A DNA stretch of 64,000 nucleotides from Oikopleura dioica (lineage: Eukaryota > Animalia > Chordata). Both the position numbers and the translations under genes were made by a program. Under the pieces are notes generated by a model. The model made no database searches and was not told the DNA's origin. It worked only from the letters and a program-made list of their open reading frames with translations. Shown piece after piece: positions 38,310-50,996 of the stretch. How positions within the stretch are numbered: the stretch's first letter is position 1; each line of letters begins with the position of its first letter. Location of the stretch: contig OU015568.1 of NCBI GenBank assembly GCA_907165135.1, forward strand, positions 16,689,208-16,753,207. Reading direction: 5' to 3'.

Positions 38310-40426
38310 ATGGTCACAACAAGGTCTTCTCGAACGAAACTGAGCGAGGAAAAGCCCAAAGAGTCGAAAAAGAAGCAAGAAGAAGCTTCGTCAGTTGAAG
38401 AGACCGAGAGCATGGAAGTAGAGCAGACCGAAGAGCAGAAACTCGAGGAAAAGAGAGCGCTCCACATCAAAGATGTAAATTTGCAGCTCAAGGAGCTCGA
38501 AAAGGCCGGACAGCAGCGAGAGCCCAGGATTGTTTCAAAAGTAAGTTTTTATATTTTCCTTGATAAATTTATTCGCATTAATTTCGATCGACGTTCTTGA
38601 AGAACTTTAACAGAATAAATTACTTTCAAAGTGAAATCTTTCATTTTAAAGTTTCTCAAATATTGAAAAGAGTCTATGATTTGCGAGCTTTGACGACTTT
38701 ATTTATAAAGAAAAGTGATGCAGCAAAGTTTTCACTTATTTGAAGATATTTACCATGTCGTTGATAATTTCTAAACGAAGATTACGAAGCCGCAAGTCCC
38801 GGTTAAAAAGTATTCATTTAAGAATTTCTGTTTGAGAAATCTTTGAAAGCACCCTTTTATGAACCTTTCCTCGCCATTATCGTCCCCCTTTTCTACCCCA
38901 AATTCCTTATCGACCTACTTATCTCATCCATCAATTTTCAGGTGATCCGACAACTCCCAAAGACCCGCCGCTGTCTGGACGAAGAAGTCCTTCTTTCTGT
39001 CATTTCTCAGTTCCACTTTGATCGCCGCGACGCTCTCCTCGGTCTTTTAGGCCTTTCGGCGAAGAAGAACGATACAAAAGCTCCCTGCATCGAAGTCGAG
39101 TTCTACTTGACTCTGATCAGCGCCATTTACTTGCTGGACAAGGAGCGACTCGAGCAAGCGCGGGAGATTTTGGATAATTTGCTCATCCGCGCTGGAAATA
39201 ATTTGGGCCAGCGGAGGTCGATGGATCCTCTCAATGCGAAAATTTACTTTTACCACAGGTACACATCCAAAAGCTCGAAAGATAACTGATGATTTTTGCA
39301 GTCGAGTTTACGAGTTGCTGAAAATCCTGGAGCAAGCACGAACAGTTTACATGAAGCGTCTGCGAACAGTGACTCTTCACGCCGAGTACGAGTCCGAATC
39401 CGTCCTCTTGAACTTGCTCCTGCGAAACTACCTCCATTACGATCTGTACGAGCAGGCTGAGAAGCTCATTTCCAAAAGTACCTTCCCAGAGCAAGGTAGA
39501 CCAATTTATCTTCATCCCTCTTTTCATTCTTTTTTTAGCAAACAACAACGAATACGCTCGATATTTCTACTACCTCGGCCGAATCAAAGCTATTCAACTC
39601 GAATACTCCAACGCTCAGAAAATGCTCACAAACGGTATTTTCTTCTCTAATCCTGCTCCTTATCCCCCTTTTTAGCTCTTCGAAAGTCGCCACAAGTGTC
39701 GGGCGTTGGCTTCCGACAAGCAGCTACAAAGCTTCTTACAGTCGTCGATCTCCTCCTCGGAGACATTCCCGAGCGCTCGCGGTTCACTGAAAAAGCCATG
39801 GAAGGCGCGTTGAAGCCCTATTTCGCTCTGACTCAGGCGGTCAGAATCGGCAACTTGGTCCAGTTCAATAAAGGTACCAAAGAAACGTCAATTCATTTTT
39901 CCATTCATTTTCTAGTTTTGGAGGAGTTTGGCGAAAACTTTAAATCGGATCGAACTCTAACTTTGATCCTCCGCCTCCGCCACAACGTCATCAAAACCGG
40001 CGTCCGTCGCATGAGCTTGGCCTACTCTAGAATCTCGTTAACAGACATTGCCGATCACCTCGCCCTCGACGGACCTGAGGATGCCGAATTCATCGTCGCC
40101 AAGGCAGTTCGTGACGGCGTCATCGATGCCAACCTCGATCACCACGCTGGATACGTCTCTTCGCAGAATACCAAGGACACTTATGCTTCGAGAGATCCCG
40201 AACGGGCGTTTGACAAGCGAATCAAGGTACCAATCGTGCATCCTCAGGCTCTTTTGAATCTTTCTTCTTTCAGTTCTGCCACAATTTGTACGCCCAGTCC
40301 GTCAAAGCGATGCGTTTCCCGCCCAAAAGCTACCACGACCCGCTGAGCCCCGAGGAACGCCGCCAACGAGAACAAGAAGATCTCGAATTCGCGCAAGAAA
40401 TGGCCGAAGAAGACGACATGTATTAA
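38310..40426 (+). CDS. PSMD3: 26S proteasome regulatory subunit Rpn3 (PSMD3)
   Basis: [122 protein letters not shown]. Confidence 0.95.
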
Positions 40427-40687
40427 TGAAAAAAACCTTTTCTTCGTTGTATTATTTCTCTAAATTTTCCACTAGCGATATTTCATTCAGCGCGTTTTTT
40501 GTTCAGTTCTTTCAAGTTTCCCCCAAAGTTCTGCAGCAACCGTTTTTTCGATTATTTTTTCCTCTTTTACTGTTACTTCACAGCAGCTGACCACATGTAT
40601 TGCAATACAAAAAAGAAACAACAATAAAATAGATACACATCAGTTAATCCTAGAAAAACGTCTTTCACTCACCCCTCTATTCTCAGA

Positions 40688-42267
40688 ATGACGCTTTCGT
40701 TAGGCAACAACAAGTACAATCGCCAGAATTGGGAAGACTCCGACTTCCCGATTCTCTGCCCGACATGTCTCGGAGACAATCCCTACATCCGAATGATGAA
40801 GGATAAATACGGAAAAGAATGTTCCATCTGTGAACGACCCTTTACCACTTTCAGGTGGTGCCCGGGTAGGGGAATGAGATACAAGAAAACGGAAATTTGC
40901 CAGACTTGCGCAAAGGTATTATAATGGACAGGCGGTATTCGTATTTGAATGTACGTGCATTTCTTATTTCTATTCGTTTTTATGGTCATCTTGAGCGTTT
41001 TCTTAGATGAAAAATGTCTGCCAGACATGCGTCTTCGATCTCGAGTACGGGCTGCCTGTGGCTGTGAGAGATCATGCGCTGGGACTGAAGGATGATATAC
41101 CGGTGAGTTTCGAGGCAAATTTTCGCGCTGAAAATTAATTTAGACGGGTGATTTCAACAAAGAGCATTTCCACCAAAATCTTGGAAAAGAACTGGCGCTA
41201 CAAGGAGACGATTTGAGAGAGGCGCATTCAGCGCCGAATGCGTTTTTGGAGAGAATTTCGGCTGGGCGGAAAGGGCCGTATTACAAACGAAACTTGCCGC
41301 ATATTTGTTCTTTCTGGGTCAAGGTCAGATCTTAGATCTCTTCTCCATCCGAATTTCTTTCTAGGGCGAGTGTAGAAGAGGAGAAGAGTGTCCGTACCGG
41401 CACGAGAAGCCATCAGATCCAGATGATCCGCTCTCTGTTCAAAATATTGTCGATAGATTTTACGGTACGAAGGATCCCGTCGCCGACAAGCTCCTTCGAC
41501 GAGCTGAAGAAATGCCTTCCATGGCGCCTCCAGAGGACAAGGTAACACTCTTCTTCTGATCAAATCCCTTCTCAATTTTCAATAGACGATTACGACTCTC
41601 TGGTGCGGTGGCGTGACTTCTGCACTGACAGAAACAGATCTTCAAGAGTATTTCTACCAATTCGGCGAGGTTGCTTGCATCAACATCGTCCAGAAAAACT
41701 CATGCGCCTTTGTCCAATTTACGAAACGAGAATCGGCCGAGCACGCGGCAAACAAGTGTTATGGAAGACTCGATCTCAAGGTAAATCATTTTTCCTAGCG
41801 TTTTTTTATGTTTTAAAAGGGAGTTCGCTTGAATGTTCGATGGGGCAAGCCGCAGCAATCAGGAGCGAAGCATCACGCCGATGTGGAGAAAACGACTCCC
41901 GTTCCAGGTCTTCCCGGGCCTCTACCGAACCCAGGAAAAGTCACTCAATACGATCCGTCCAAGAGAGCGAAACTGGCTGAAAGCGTGCCAAAACCAATGT
42001 CTGAACCTATTGATCTGCCAACAATGGGGGCAATGGGAGCCCCTAGAGCGCCATCTGAGTTTGCTGGACCTGACAAAGGAGGAAATTCTGGCTTCCAGAA
42101 GGTATGAAGAAATCATATTTTTGCTGTTTCCAATATTTTCTTTCAGATTCATTATCCATCGCAATCGAAAGACAGAATGGGCTCTGGAAAGTATTCGCAC
42201 ATGGCTCCCCCTTCTCAGTACAACAACGCAAATCAGGTATTCCTTGATTGTCCATAAAATTCGCTAG
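40688..42267 (+). CDS. RBM22: Pre-mRNA splicing factor RBM22 (Cwc2/Slt11-like; zinc finger plus RRM)
   Basis: [96 protein letters not shown]. The final exon boundary is uncertain. Confidence 0.95.
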
Positions 42268-42980
42268 CGCCAAGTTTAGGGGCAGAAACGACCAGGACAA
42301 AAGCGCGCTGCATCTGATTGGAACTAAAGTGAAATTTCTACTGCCACTGAAACACATTTTTCCTTCTAGGCAAATTCCTAGTCTCAATAAAACCCGATTT
42401 CAGCTTAATAGTCTTGCTTTGTTGATTTGAGCTTTATTCTAGCTTACTTGATCAACAAGTTTAACAGGTTTTTTTTAACGTTGCACATAATTGGTGGAGC
42501 TTTTTTGATGGTGTTAGAGTCGAGATATTTCAATTCTCTCTTTTGCACCTTGTTTGGGAGGGTCTGTAGTATGTTAAATAAGCTTTTGGTGTCGGCACCA
42601 TCACTGGTGGTGGAGTAATCAATACATCCAAAATACACTAAAATCATAGGAAAAAATCTTGATGACGTCATTACTCCAGCACCAACCTTGGTTCTGGCAC
42701 CAAAAACTATCAGGTTTATTTCGTATACATGTATGAAACATCCCTATATGGTAAAAAATTATATGTGGTGCTTTTAAGGACTTTTCAAATTTTCCCCATT
42801 TCTTTTTGAAATACTTTTTTAAATACAAGATAAATTCATTCAATTCTTTAGCAAGATTTGACAATTATCAATTCGATTTCTATTTTTGTGGACTATGCAT
42901 ATGATAGCAAATCGTCAATCAAGGTCAGGGCGCACTGAAAGCATACAGTGACAGTAAAAGACTCGGATCAGCTGGAGCCT

Positions 42981-43045
42981 TAGTAGTAATGGCGAGAGCA
43001 CTCTCGGGAAGAGTTTTTGTTATTCTAGTTGAGTGGTTAATTACT
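42981..43045. repeat. 65-bp repeat, inverted partner of 47364-47428
   Basis: tagtagtaatggcgagagcactctcgggaagagtttttgttattctagttgagtggttaattact versus the reverse complement at 47364-47428: 3 mismatches. Confidence 0.9.
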
Positions 43046-43703
43046 ACCTCCATCTCCAAGTTCAACACCACTAATAAGCACCAACCTCAAGCTCAACAAC
43101 AGTTATTAACAGCCATCTGGCATGGTTGAATAAAAAAAAGCCCGTTATCATATAAAATTATGCTCATGATGTCATAAACCTACATGACAGATGATAAATT
43201 TTTTTTCAGGATCTTAAAAATCTCCCCAGCATTTTTGAGACGTCAACAAGTCAGTGCATTGTCAATAAATTCTGTAATTATATTTTGAAGCTATCTCATA
43301 CCCTCAGGAATTTAGAATACCCCATGCCTTACAAGGTTTTTCCATCCTGCAAATAACCCCAGGCAAAAAAAGATCAACTGAGGTTGAAAGAAGTAAAAAA
43401 TTAAATTTCCATGCCAAAGATATCCCTCTGCTCCCCGATAAGAGGCACCTCAATTCAAGGCAAAAATTTCGGAAATCCTGTATCCTGGCAATTATTATTT
43501 AAGGCACATTTTTTCGCGATAAATTTTATTGGCATAAAAATTTAAGTTCATTTTTAGTAAAGAATGCGTAGACTTTTGCGGTAGATCTTTTCTCTTTTGA
43601 TGGTTCTTTCGCTGAAACTTTCTTTTGTTGGCCTTGATTGTCAGTGTTGACCTGTTTTCATCTACAAGATTTTTAAATAAACCAGTTCTCGTTATGACTG
43701 ACC

Positions 43704-44042
43704 TCACCTTGATGAAAACTTTCGCTTTTTTGATTGTTCGATCTCTCGTATGGCGATCTGCGCATAAACATATTTGAATTTTAAAGCGGAGTCGACGATT
43801 TGAAACTTGAAGAACGTGTTTTCCAAATCACATGCAACTAGTTTGAAATAATACGGATCCGTTGTGATGGATCTGAATGCTGATCCACTGAATGGAAGCA
43901 TCATAATTGTTTCTACGTTGCTTCCTTCCGTTAAGCAAATTCCATTGTAAGTTATCTTGAGTATGTGTGGTGATTTAAGAACATTTTCGGTGATGCCTCC
44001 AATTTGATAGATTCCAATTTCATAAATGGAGTCTCTCTTCAA
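43704..44042 (-). other. Intronless 112-aa ORF of unknown origin
   Basis: Open frame from the ORF track with no motif I recognise, in an AT-rich accessory region. Confidence 0.25.
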
Positions 44043-44756
44043 AGTGATGTTAGGCTATTTAAGCTCTGAGCTCTTTGACAAAAGGTTGACGATCATTTTG
44101 AATAAAAGTAAAACTTCAGTTTCGTTTTATAGCCAAACTTTATAGCCCGGGGGGCTAGAATATAAAATCCCATTTTCCACTACGACTTGGAGTTTCCTGT
44201 AGAGCTTGTTGACAACGGAGTTATCATTCGCTCAGTCATCCGCCGCATCGTTGTCATTCGACTGTTTGTATGATTGTGCACAGTCTCTGAAATTTCTTTT
44301 GGTTTTCTACTTTCGGCTTGGTTTTATCAAATAGAAAAAAAAATTGTAATAGAACGAAAAAAGAGTTGTATTCTTAAAAATCGTCATTTTTCTCCCAATT
44401 TGAACATTAATTTTCGAAAAAATCATAACTATTCTCAATTATTGCCAATTGATTACTAAAATCATATATTTTCACAATATCTCGCAGCAAAAATCATATA
44501 AATATCAATTTTAGGACAGAAAATCAAATTTCAAAATTTCGAAAAATCGTAAATTCCCGACTGAAAATCGATATTTTCTAAAGTTATGTTGATCCAATCG
44601 AAAAATTTTAGGGACAGATAATGTTCCTTTTTTATTGAGGAATCTAAAAATAAAATCAAAATTTCGAAAAGTCGAAAAAAAAATTCTCGACCACCACCCC
44701 CTTAAAGAGTCTATGACTCATAGATACTATAGACTATGAGGGAAAATAACACTCTT

Positions 44757-44782
44757 TCTGTGTAAAAAAACCTGAGTCAGGC
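44757..44782. mobile_element. MITE family A, solo terminal repeat
   Basis: tctgtgtaaaaaaacctgagtcaggc matches the family A TIR; no partner seen. Confidence 0.65.
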
Positions 44783-45769
44783 TGCACTGCTTTAGACCAA
44801 CATGCGAATTTGTCCAATGAAGACGAAAATCAGCTCTAAAACCATGAAAAACCGAAAAGAAAGAACCAAAGAGTCGAATAAAAACCACGGGACTTCGTAA
44901 TTGTCTCAGTGGAACCTCATCTCATTCGCGCTAGAAAAATTTTTCAACTTTTCCCGTTCAATTGCAAATCGAGTTACCTGACACACTGTGCAAAAATTCC
45001 CTTCCAATATTCGCTTCCAATGGCCAAACTCATCGATTCCCTTCTGTACGTCACCATCCATCTTTAGCTCAAAATGATGATGCCTGGTTTATGCATCGGT
45101 TTATGCTGCTTGCTTCAGTTAGATAATAAGTAGGTTAACTTAGGTAAAGTAGGTAAAGTAACATGGGGATTTCTATTTAACTTCAAGTAAAATGTCTGCA
45201 CCTGTAGCACCACAATATGATCAATTTTTAAAAGTTTTCGATCAAAACTCGATTCGCTTAAAATTAAAGACAAGCTGGAATTGACCATTGTAGCTCTTCC
45301 CCTCTTTTGACATTTTTGCAGCTGCTAGAATTTCAAGCGCATGATCAAATTCATCAAAAAGCTCAAAATCTTCTATTTTTTATTCGATTGTTTTTTTATA
45401 TTACAAGAGAAATAAGCGAAAGATTCAGACTGCAACTTATTAAAATAAATATAAAGCTGGAGAAATAATTCGTTTGAATCAGCTCTGACTCAGAGGCCTC
45501 TGAAGTCAAAGCTCAGAAAATGACATTTTCGAAGGAAGAAAAACGGAGAAAAGTACATGTCGAGTTGTCAGACAAGCGGGTTGTTATTTTTCCCATAAAC
45601 TAAAGCTTTCGTTCCGTTCAGATCTTCACAGCTGTTTTTGGTCAAGAGTTTTCGTTATGAAATGAAAAAACAAAGCCTTTTTATGAGTTCAAAACTAAAG
45701 ATAAATTTATTTAAGATCAAAAATGCGCAGAAATAAGGTCAAAATTGAAAGTCGAAAATGAATGAACAG

Positions 45770-46672
45770 CTGATTATAGACGCAGAAATCGGCTCTTGAT
45801 TCGAAAATAACTGGATTCACGCTGATAAACTCGTGTCCGCCGATGTTGGCTATGTGTAGAGGAGATGTTCACTCGTATCGTGCATTGATTTTTCGACATT
45901 CGTTTCGTGCTGCCTCAGTTCTTTTTTGTACCGATAGTTCAAATACAGTACGACCAGCTTAGGTCCAGCGATGAGTCCAGCGATGAGTCCAACTCCGACG
46001 AGAGACCCAATGACGATCCCTACTGTTGACGAATTTTCAGTTTCAATCTCTTTCTTTCTCTGAAGAAGATCTTCGATTTGTTGATTAAGTTCGTCGACTT
46101 CTAGATTTTTTTCTGCTTCTAATTTTCGTTCGAGCTGCTCTTTTTGGTATCGTAGGACCTCTATTTCGTCTTCTTTTTCCTATTATAATTAAATAGAGCT
46201 TTGATTTTCTTATAAAATGCTTACCAGCAGTTTTGCCTCATGCTCGAATATTTGAACCTCTGTTTCTTTCTCCTCTTCCGCTGAAACGTAATCAGATGAT
46301 TCCTGAAAATGATTTTCGCTATTGCCTTGGCCGTTTCATTCTTACCGAAGATCCTTGAAGAATGCTTATTATTTTTTGCCGCGCCTTTTCTTCCCGTTCT
46401 TTTTTAGCCCGATCTTCTTCAATTTCTTCCAAGCAAGATTTTTTAACCAATTTCATTTCTTTTCTCATATATGGTTGCAATTTTTTTCAATCAAACATCA
46501 ATAATTCTTTGAAACCAAATCCTGCAATTCTTAAAACAATCGCTGTCAGAACACTTGTCGACACATTGATTAAAAACAGTCTTCGCCTTTTTTCTACATT
46601 GGGATTCTTCTGTGTCTCTGTCGCTCGCAGAAGAATATCCGAAAAGCAGAAAAAGAATAAGTAAGAATTTCA
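45770..46672 (-). pseudogene. Decayed or mosaic secreted/membrane protein gene
   Basis: Signal plus Cys module (MKFLLILFLLFGYSSA..QCRKKAKTVFNQCVDKCSDSDCFKNC), coiled-coil exons, a TM-like IVIGSLVGVGLIAGLIAG and a propeller-family tail PVIFESRADFCV, interrupted by several stops. Confidence 0.45.
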
Positions 46673-46862
46673 TGTGTCTTTGTAATATTCTTGCGAGGCG
46701 TTGTGTCCAAAGAAGCGAATTAATATTTGCATTTCGGCAAAAAATATCACTATTGACTTTTTTCATTCAAAAGATCAAGGAAATTTTATAGGTGGTGAAA
46801 GTCTTATGAAAACGCGCTCATTCTTGTATATTTGTAATAAATCACACTTCCAGTTTTTCTAG

Positions 46863-47033
46863 GCCTGGTTTGTTTCGTTGAGAAACAAGCGCTGGTGACT
46901 TTTCGAAAAGAATCAGAAATTCGGCATTTGCTCCAGCTACCCAAAATACCTCGTTATTCCTGCCGCGGTCAAGGACGATCTAATTCTCAAATCTGCTAAA
47001 TTTCGCGATTTCCAGTTCTCTCCGCTCTTATCG
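46863..47033 (+). pseudogene. Isolated myotubularin-family exon with an in-frame TGA
   Basis: AG/GT-bounded segment translating KRW*LFEKNQKFGICSSYPKYLVIPAAVKDDLILKSAKFR..PLLS, matching the MTMR W.....N..F..C.SYP..L..P....D..L...A.FR motif. Confidence 0.7.
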
Positions 47034-47149
47034 GTAAGATTCCTACTTTTTCAGCATTTTTATTGATAGTTTTTATGGAGAGCAGAAACAAACGGTTCAC
47101 AATATGGTTAGGCATCAGAATGGAAATATGCAATTAGCCTGGCCCCCGA

Positions 47150-47295
47150 GCCAGGATTCGACCAAAATCCGAATCCTGGCCCCCTAGCCAGAATTCGACT
47201 TAGAGCTGAATCCTAGGCCCTCGATTCATATTGCCTAGCCTGGCACCCGGGGCCAGGATTGGGCTCTTCAGACGAATTCTGGCACCTGAATCTTC
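47150..47295. repeat. Short array of CCTGGC-N5-6-GCCAG palindromic units
   Basis: gcctggcccccgagccagg, cctggccccctagccag, gcctggcacccggggccagg recur with GAATTC/GAATCC spacers. Confidence 0.55.
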
Positions 47296-47677
47296 TGAAT
47301 TCGCAGGTTAGCTGTCTTTGCTTCATCAAATGTCCGCAATAGTCCATTTTTGCAATTTGAACAAGTAATTAACCACTCAACTAGAATAACAAAAACTCTT
47401 CCCAAGAGTGCTCTTGACATTACTACTAGCCTTCCATAAGATTTTAAGCTTAGCTACGTGAAATTTTTGAAAAATTTGCAACTCTGTGCTGAATAGAGAA
47501 GTCTCAAATAAGGATAAAATTGATGATGTCGGAAGCGACGTAATATAACATCCTTCAGGTGACGTAAATAGCCCAGATTTGGTGTTGAGAGACCAGCAAT
47601 TTTGAATCGTAAAATTCTATTTTCCTGTCTTTTTCCCGCAACAGTTAAATCAGAATCCAACGACATTTATTGAGAGA

Positions 47678-49668
47678 ATGCTCTGGTTTTTCATATTGTT
47701 ATGCTTGACGAATGTGGAGACTTGTGTTTTATTCGATCTGGATTGCCAAGATAACAATGCTGTGCTGTCCTTGAATGAAACATGTTTCAATATCAGAGAG
47801 CCGAGTTTTGGACTGAACCTGACCGGCGTTTATGTTTCCAAAACTCCGGAAATTATGAACTTGAGTTCTGTCCCGACGGATTGTCAATTGGAAAAAGGAG
47901 AAGCGATTCCGTACAATACCTGCTTCAATCAAACAAAGGCATATCTACTAAACGCGATCGAGGTTAACGGAGAAGTTGTCCATCTCATTCCGTCAGAAGG
48001 GATCACGTGCGCAGAAGCAAAGCAATCAAATTTTACTTTGAAATCAGAAAAAGAAGCTCTGATTTCTTCGATAAATAGCGCACGAGGGGTAATACAGAGC
48101 GAGATCTTTGATTTGATCATATCTGGAGGAGACAAGCTCGGCGAAACTATGAATTTTAAAGGATCAATAGCATCGGAGGATTTTTATGTGAAAATCAATA
48201 GCTGTTCATTAAAAATTGCTGGGAAGAACTTTACAATCATCGACAACAGCAACATAACAAACATTGGATTGAGCTTGAGGTTTTTTAAACACTCATCGGC
48301 AAGTATTATTTTTATTTAATTTATAATTGTAGAACAAGAAGTGCCTGCAGAAGTCGAGAATATGAGATTCCCCGAATGTCAACAAGAGTCGACAAAGTTG
48401 ATTCTTTCGAGCTTGAATGTTCGATGGAGATGAGAAAACGCGACTCAGTTCTGATTCTTTCCGACAAAACAGGATACTCGCGACTCAGCTATGTTCTTTC
48501 TCTGGACACTTTAGATCAGACAAATCAGGAGATAGCCCCTTCAACAGATGAATATTTTGAAAACGTTTTCCATGCAGTTTGGAAAGACGAAAACTATATT
48601 TTTGGAGGCGACCAGGACAACTACAAGGTAGCTTTCGAAATGAAAAAGATAAATCATAAATAAAGATTGCAAAATTCGTCTGTTGCGAGTTTTCTGAGCT
48701 CCCTCTTCGATTAAATTTTGCAGCGTCCCGTCACTCATCAGGAATTGCGCTCTATGACAATTCTGGAGTTATAATTTGTTTTGGTGATGACACAAGAAAA
48801 TGTGACAAATTTAATGGTGAAGAAACATCTATTTTAGCAGCGGCAACGACTTTTACTCATAAACTTTCGGGTTTGATAAATTAATTAATATAATACCAAT
48901 GCGTCGAAATAGAAAACCCTAACAAAGAATCTTGTATGGCAAATTATAATAATTCGTCGCTAGTGATTGCTGGACTTACGTAAGGGTCTTAACATGTTAT
49001 ATAGTTAATATAGTTTTTTATTTGAAAGACCCTTTTTGAGAAATAAAAAGGTCGGAGTATTCAAGAATGATATGTGGACTTATTTGAATGATAACCCTGC
49101 GTACGAATAAAGGACTAGTTTATTCGTTAGTATTATTTTAGAACTCGAGCAATGCAAGCTTGTCTTGAAGTAGACGACGGGATTCTAGTATCGGGTCTAG
49201 AATTATTTATTGAAAGCGGATTCTTTGCTTTTCCATAAAATTTTGGAACCCTTTCTTCAGTTTTTGGAGGTTACTATGGATCGACAAAATATAAACGCAT
49301 CGATCTTCTTCGAAACGATATTTGGACAAATAACGGAACTCTACAACAAAAGATTGAGCTTGGAAACGTCATTTCCTTTGGGTTTTTGTTTTTGATATTT
49401 CTCAAATTATTCGATTATTGCAAATTATAACGGAAGTATTTATGAAGAAGTAGAGTGTAAAGATTAAACCCAATCAAAATTAAAACAAAGATCTACTATT
49501 ATCGTGGTCAGTGGTGCATCGGTGGGAGTCAGCAATGCTCATGTTGAGAAGATTTTTTGGGACGGTAATGCCGCTACTTCTGGAGGAATTATTGATCACA
49601 TTCCGATTGCAACAACTTTTGCACGACCGATTTTGATGAAAACTGACTCCGATTTCTGTGCTATATAA
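47678..49668 (+). CDS. Secreted ZP-like domain plus kelch-like propeller family protein
   Basis: Signal MLWFFILLCLTNVET and a Cys pattern resembling a ZP module (FYVKINSCSL..IID). Then YIFGGDQDNYK, IICFGDDTRKCDKFNG, VFKNDMW, and a last exon ending RPILMKTDSDFCAI*. Confidence 0.6.
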
Positions 49669-49981
49669 ATTATGTTTAACCTCTGCCCGCATAGAAAATT
49701 TGATTTTTCAGGACTACAAATCAAAGTTTTCGGAAATCTTATATGCTTTAATTGATGAGCAAAGGCAAAGATCCACTGTCCGCTGATAACGAGAGAATTT
49801 GCAATTGGGCTGAAGCGACAGGCTGTGAAGAAGAGGGTCCCGCTGGCCAGGTCTATGAAGACGGAATTTGATGAATTTTCAATTGATTTTTCTTTATTTC
49901 AATTTGTTATTATCAAACACAAGTGGCCTTCTCACATAAGCATAATCTCCAGAATAGGCAGGTCGCATGGAAATAGCTCTA

Positions 49982-50133
49982 CATCAGGGATCCCTGTAAT
50001 GCGCCGGAAAATACAGCGCTCTGATTCGTCGAGCGTACAGCGCCCATCTTTCCCTTTTGCCTCTGAAGCGGCCAAAAGAAAGCGCACTGATGGGGCGGCG
50101 GATGAGTCAGTGCACTACAGGGATCCCTGATGG
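49982..50133. mobile_element. Tc1/mariner-type MITE with TA duplication, inserted in the propeller-gene relic
   Basis: TA|CATCAGGGATCCCTGTA ... TACAGGGATCCCTGATGG|TA. The uninterrupted paralog at ~14225-14240 (gacacTAgaactatttcc) shows the empty site. Confidence 0.88.
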
Positions 50134-50739
50134 TAGTATCAATTATCTTCTCGTCCGTAATCAGATCGTTTTCCAGCGATAGTCTTCGTGTTGAGTGAGT
50201 ATTTTCCTCTCTTCCGTCTTCTTCGTCGATCAGAAAAAAGAAATGAGCTTGCTATTCAAATCTTTATTAGACGATCACGACTCTTTCGTGCGGTGGCGTG
50301 ACTTCCGCCTTGACGGAAACAGATCTTCAAGAGTTTCCACCCTTAATATTGTCGAGGGAATGTGCGGCTGTCCAGAGGGAGAAGTTCTTGAAGCCGGCGT
50401 CTGTGTTCCTGAAACATCATGTGGATGTCTAACTGAAGACGATGATTACGTCGAACTTAATGGAGAAATTTTTACTGAAGCAGAGAGGTGTACTTGTGGA
50501 AGCGAAGGACTGACATGCGAAGCTTTGTCCTGCCCATGTGATGGTTTTGATACTTGTACGGATTTCTTGAGACTCGGTCCTCAAAGTTCCGGCTTCTCAA
50601 AAAGACATATCAATTAAAAGTTATCATCGATATTTTCCGGCAAAAAGTCAAAAATTTTGATATTTTTAAATTTTAAACTGAAAACCTGGCTTATTTTATC
50701 AAACAATGACGTTGGTTCAGGCTTTTTTGAAACAAATTC

Positions 50740-50996
50740 GAACTTAAATCGTGCTTTTTTACGGATTTTTTTGGATTCTGCCCGGATTTTACAGACATAG
50801 ACAAAAGTCTGGGGTTGTCCGGATTTCAAGGACAAATACGGACAAATACGGATTTTGTCCGGATCGTGACAAAAGTCCGGTCTAGCCTGTCCGTTTTTTC
50901 CTCGACCAAAAGACTAAAAGTCTAGTCTGTCCGCACGGACAAGACCGGACAGACACGGATAAAATCCGTACACGGACATGTCCGTTTAGAACCCTG
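50740..50996. repeat. CGGACA/TGTCCG-rich repeat, MITE-like, ending ...TTTAGAACCCTG
   Basis: More than 10 copies of cggaca/tgtccg/acggat. Its right end abuts the propeller fragment at 50997; the left end is undefined. Confidence 0.6.

Noticed and set aside
42444-42864. Transposase or viral ORF remnants on the minus strand
   Set aside because: Two short overlapping frames with no catalytic motif I can recognise; an HMM search would be needed.
46895-46897. Selenocysteine TGA in the myotubularin-like exon
   Set aside because: The position corresponds to Arg rather than a redox Cys, no SECIS was seen, and the exon is isolated.
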